Source of the DNA: Promethearchaeota archaeon
Lineage (GTDB): Archaea; Asgardarchaeota; Lokiarchaeia; Sigyniarchaeales; SOKP01
NCBI GenBank assembly: GCA_019058365.1
Contig: JAHPZE010000019.1
Span: forward strand, 1 to 64,000
DNA: 64,000 nucleotides
Direction of reading: 5' to 3'
The notes beneath the pieces are model-generated. The model saw only the letters and a program-made list of their open reading frames with translations. It did no database searches and was not told the origin of the DNA. This document shows positions 60,491 to 64,000 of this stretch, one piece after another. How positions within the stretch are numbered: position 1 is the first letter of the stretch; each line of letters starts with the position of its first letter. Both the position numbers and the translations under genes were made by a program.

Positions 60491-61591
60491 TTATTTTTCT
60501 ATTTTAATTCTTTTAGGGGGAATAAAAACATGTCTAGGGCCAATCCTTTCAAGATGAATAGCTTCTTCAGGACAATGATGAGCACATACTCCACATCCAA
60601 TACACTTATCTTCATTAATAAAGGCAATAGTATCATTCAATTCAATTGTTTCCATAGGACATTTTTCTACACAAGTTCCACAACCTACGCAGGAATCCTC
60701 ATCTACACGTGCTAAATAAGATGACATGGTGTGTATTGGTGCAGCACCACGATAGTACATGTTGATCATCCCACAGCAACATTTGCAACAATTACAAATA
60801 GCTTCAATCCCTCTATTTGTATCTGAATGAACATGAAATACTTTATGGACTAATCCTTGATTTTCAGATTCTCTTAATATTTTAATAGTTTCTTCCTTTG
60901 AAACAGGTCTACCAAAACCTTGTTCAATACCAAATCTAGCAGTTTTATCAAAAAGGAAACAATTGTCTTTTGATGCTCCCAATCTGCATGGATCATTAAT
61001 AAGATCTTTTGCATGCCGACAATAACAATGAACTAAGGCGATATCATCATATTCTTCAACATATTTTTTTATTTCCTCAAATGGCATCACAGTTTCAGTT
61101 CCGACTTCTACTTCTTTTTCAACTGGAAGAGTTCTGTCAGTTGGTGGCAAATCTTTAAACACATTTATTATACTATCATAATTCTTTTGAGTTCCTTTAG
61201 TTATTTCCCCTAAAAGTTTTTCGAATAATACTGCTAACTTTTTATCTCTTTCTGAACTCTCCCCTCGTAAGAATGTATATTCAAAAATGCCTGGATATAA
61301 ACCCATTAAGCGATAAACCATAACACCTGCATTCCTACTTCTCGTACCCACAATTATACCATTATGCATTAAGATTTCAAGCATTCCAATTATCTTTTGT
61401 TCTTCCATATCGATTTTTTGTTTAATTTCCTCAAGAGTCATTGAAGGTTTTTTATATATTAAAATAAATTTTGCTTGTTCTTCAGTTATTAGAGTTTGTA
61501 ATAATTCTATCAGTGTATCACTAATAGGTACGGGAAATACTCCTGCTTTTATAAAAGTCCTTGCTACATTAAACCAGAACTTATCTGTCAT
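60491..61591 (-). CDS. Cys-rich 4Fe-4S binding protein with N-terminal wHTH-like region
   Basis: HCYCRH, ICNCCKCCCG and two CxxCxxCxxxCP ferredoxin motifs. Confidence 0.85.
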   Translation of the reverse strand: MTDKFWFNVARTFIKAGVFPVPISDTLIELLQTLITEEQAKFILIYKKPSMTLEEIKQKIDMEEQKIIGMLEILMHNGIIVGTRSRNAGVMVYRLMGLYPGIFEYTFLRGESSERDKKLAVLFEKLLGEITKGTQKNYDSIINVFKDLPPTDRTLPVEKEVEVGTETVMPFEEIKKYVEEYDDIALVHCYCRHAKDLINDPCRLGASKDNCFLFDKTARFGIEQGFGRPVSKEETIKILRESENQGLVHKVFHVHSDTNRGIEAICNCCKCCCGMINMYYRGAAPIHTMSSYLARVDEDSCVGCGTCVEKCPMETIELNDTIAFINEDKCIGCGVCAHHCPEEAIHLERIGPRHVFIPPKRIKIEK

Positions 61592-61796
61592 TTTAGTTAA
61601 AACCTAATTAATAAAATTCGTCAAAAATTTTCTAATTGATAAAAAAATTCATGATTTAATTATATTATGAGTATATTTAACTAAGAAATTGTAGTCGAAT
61701 AAATAACTATTAATAGTAAAAATCCATAAAATTTTAGGACTCTCATAATTTTTTAATTAGGAGTTCTTAAATCGATATTAACACTTAATATAGGGT

Positions 61797-61985
61797 TTGA
61801 GTGAAAATTTTATCATGAGTGATATCCAAAAAAGAATAAATAGATTAGAGCTCTCGATTAATCTTTTGGAAGATCATTTATATAAATACGGTCATCTCAT
61901 ACAACCAAGACCACTTAGGTTTATAAGAAACCAAATAAACCATTATAAACGGGAACTCCAGATAAGGAAAGACTATCCTTCTTAA
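61797..61985 (+). CDS. Small helical hypothetical protein
   Basis: 62-aa ORF in an intergenic gap with coiled-coil-like composition. Confidence 0.5.
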   Translation: MSENFIMSDIQKRINRLELSINLLEDHLYKYGHLIQPRPLRFIRNQINHYKRELQIRKDYPS

Positions 61986-62171
61986 TAACAAAATAAAATC
62001 TTATTTTTTATGTAATAGAAAAATTCTAATGATAAAGTTAGGATAAATCTATAATTTTACTATTCTATTTTCTTTATTTATTACTTTTTATTAAACCTTA
62101 AAAATATTAAATACGAATAATAATAATACCTTTTAAAAAATATTAAAATAAAACCAAATTGGCAAATAATT

Positions 62172-63485
62172 ATGGAAATTCGCGATGTAGAATTAAAAAG
62201 ATCATATATAGGCATTTTTTCGCTTAATTACTTTGTACAAGGCATTAACCAATCGATGTTTACAACAATAATTCCTATATTCCTGTTTTTTTTATTGTCG
62301 CCGGCACCCGTAGATGCGGGACAAATCGCTTCAATGATGTCAATCATCCTTCTTCCATTTGGGGTAAAATTTATTTATGGAATCTTATCAGATAAAATAG
62401 GATTCAAAAATTTGGGTAGGAGAAAACCATGGATAATTGGGGCATCTTTTTTGTCAGGTTTAATTTGGATAATATTTCCATTTATTTTGGCACCTAACAA
62501 TGCTATGAGTTTAGTAACGATTTTAGGGATTTTAATTGTAATTGGTGTTGCGATGGCAGATACTGCCATTGATGGATTAATTTTAGATTTATATCCTAAA
62601 GAAAAACTCGGACGAGTACAGGGTATTTGTTGGGGATTTAGATCTGTAGGTATAATCGCCGGTGGACCATTATTAATAATTTTAATTTTATTTACAGGAG
62701 GAACCGCAGAAATGATCTTCATAGGATTAGGGATCGCAATGATGGTTTTTTCATTTACAACATTGATTGTTAAAGAAAGAGTAAAGACTATCGAAGTAAA
62801 TGCCATAGAGAATCTTAAGATAATTTTTGGCAAAAGAAAAAATTGGAAAGTTTATGCCTTCTCTTTATTTAATGCGTTCTGTGATGGAGTAGTGTTTGTA
62901 CTTATCCCTCTTTTCATACTTATTCAATGGGGATTAGTTAGTGCTGCTGGTGCTTCAATGGATCTTATTGGTGATCCTACTCAACAAGAGCTATATGCTC
63001 CACAAGCTTTTATTGCGTTCATCATTGGTTTAGGAGTCATTGCAGGAGCTATTATTGGAGGAAGAATGGCAGATTTACAATCCAGAAAACGAAGTGTTTA
63101 CATCTCATTGATTTTATCCTCAATTTCTTTCTTACTATTTATGATCCCCCTTGTTTGGCCAGTATTAATAATATTTGCATTTCTTCTGGGAACTTCTGCT
63201 GGTTGGAGAAATTCTGCTTTTTCTGCTGTCATAGGTCAAGAATCACAGCTATATCCTGAAATGGACAGTACATATTACGCAACATGTAATTCATTCGTCA
63301 ACATAGGAACAACAATAGGGTTGGAACTAACGAGTATATTAATTGGAGTATTAGCAGGGTTACAAGCATTTTGGATTTATGCATTTGTTTTCTTGTTTAT
63401 GGCTATTGTTATAAACATAGATTTAATTCCTTTCAAAACATTGGATCCTAATGAATATGAGGTAAATACTGAAAGAAGTAAATAA
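62172..63485 (+). CDS. MFS transporter (AmpG/BT1-like)
   Basis: About 12 TM helices; LPFGVKFIYGILSD..GRRKPW, DTAIDG, GGRMAD motifs. Confidence 0.88.
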   Translation: MEIRDVELKRSYIGIFSLNYFVQGINQSMFTTIIPIFLFFLLSPAPVDAGQIASMMSIILLPFGVKFIYGILSDKIGFKNLGRRKPWIIGASFLSGLIWIIFPFILAPNNAMSLVTILGILIVIGVAMADTAIDGLILDLYPKEKLGRVQGICWGFRSVGIIAGGPLLIILILFTGGTAEMIFIGLGIAMMVFSFTTLIVKERVKTIEVNAIENLKIIFGKRKNWKVYAFSLFNAFCDGVVFVLIPLFILIQWGLVSAAGASMDLIGDPTQQELYAPQAFIAFIIGLGVIAGAIIGGRMADLQSRKRSVYISLILSSISFLLFMIPLVWPVLIIFAFLLGTSAGWRNSAFSAVIGQESQLYPEMDSTYYATCNSFVNIGTTIGLELTSILIGVLAGLQAFWIYAFVFLFMAIVINIDLIPFKTLDPNEYEVNTERSK

Positions 63486-63624
63486 TAGACTCTTAATTTT
63501 TTCTTTTTTTTATTCCTTTTACTTATTGAATTGTTTTAAACAGTTTTTTCGAAAAATTTTTAACATTTTATAATGATTTATTTCACATATTCTAAATCTA
63601 TTTTTTAGAAGTAGGGTGTTTTAA

Positions 63625-64000
63625 ATTAAATTAGAATTTTCTGAGAGAGTAAAAAGACTCCCAAAATATATTTTTGTAGAAATTGAACAATTATTATCAG
63701 AAAAAAGAAAGGAAGGCATTGATTTAATTCCTCTTGGTATTGGAGATCCTGATTTATCTACTCCTGAATTAATCATTAATGAATTAATAAGACAGGTGAA
63801 AATCCCTAAGAATCATAATTATCCCGCGAGTATGGGCGAAGAAGATTTTAGAGAAGCAGTAGCAAGATGGTATAAGGTTAGATTTAATGTGGATTTGGAT
63901 CCAAAGGACGAAATTTCAAATGTGATTGGAGGGAAAGAAGGTGTTGCAAACATTGCAAGAGCATTTATTAATCCCGGAGATATTGTTCTTTGTCCAAATC
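63625..64000 (+). CDS. dapL: LL-diaminopimelate aminotransferase-like class I/II aminotransferase (5' part, runs off window)
   Basis: FSERVKRLPKYIF, LGIGDPD, HNYP, FREAVARWYKVRFNVDLDP, GGKEG, INPGD; probable ATT start at 63625. Confidence 0.82.
   Translation, partial: MKLEFSERVKRLPKYIFVEIEQLLSEKRKEGIDLIPLGIGDPDLSTPELIINELIRQVKIPKNHNYPASMGEEDFREAVARWYKVRFNVDLDPKDEISNVIGGKEGVANIARAFINPGDIVLCPN

Noticed and set aside
2405-62833. Many short ORF-track entries overlapping longer genes (e.g. 2861-3103, 11375-11740, 40407-40664, 44823-45146, 53655-53969, 62375-62833)
   Set aside because: They are antisense or off-frame shadows of well-supported genes, with no motifs or SD signals.

Overview
AT-rich archaeal chromosomal window, most consistent with an Asgard archaeon of the Lokiarchaeia/Promethearchaeota (inferred from Alba, a PolB1-type polymerase, archaeal ACDS subunits, tetraether synthase, an IPGY-type C-terminal sorting signal, a longin-like protein, LRR proteins and GGTGA Shine-Dalgarno motifs). 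Most genes are housekeeping or metabolic: fatty-acid activation, cdhB-cdhC with CooT, NAD salvage, Tes, PolB, peptidases, and a ~15 kb phosphate region (phosphodiesterase, an unusual ABC importer, DUF47, pstS/pstC-A/pstB/phoU, AbrB-PhoU regulator). The main hunt results are: (1) a candidate defence mini-island made of an LRR-LRR-TIR-coiled-coil protein with the NADase glutamate intact, a fused type IIG-like restriction-modification enzyme and a putative HTH/PD-(D/E)xK protein; (2) an ABC importer whose two ATPases place all their degenerate motifs in one composite site, served by an orphan-type binding protein that appears to be in the phosphate regulon; (3) a chimeric LRR gene flanked by a 78-bp direct repeat that duplicates a divergent promoter; (4) tRNA-Thr(UGU) with a 30-nt D-arm intron; (5) two genes that appear to start at ATA/ATT; (6) a FadR-like operator and an MFS pseudogene. 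I saw no CRISPR array, rRNA, transposase or integrase. All calls come from reading motifs by eye; no searches were run.
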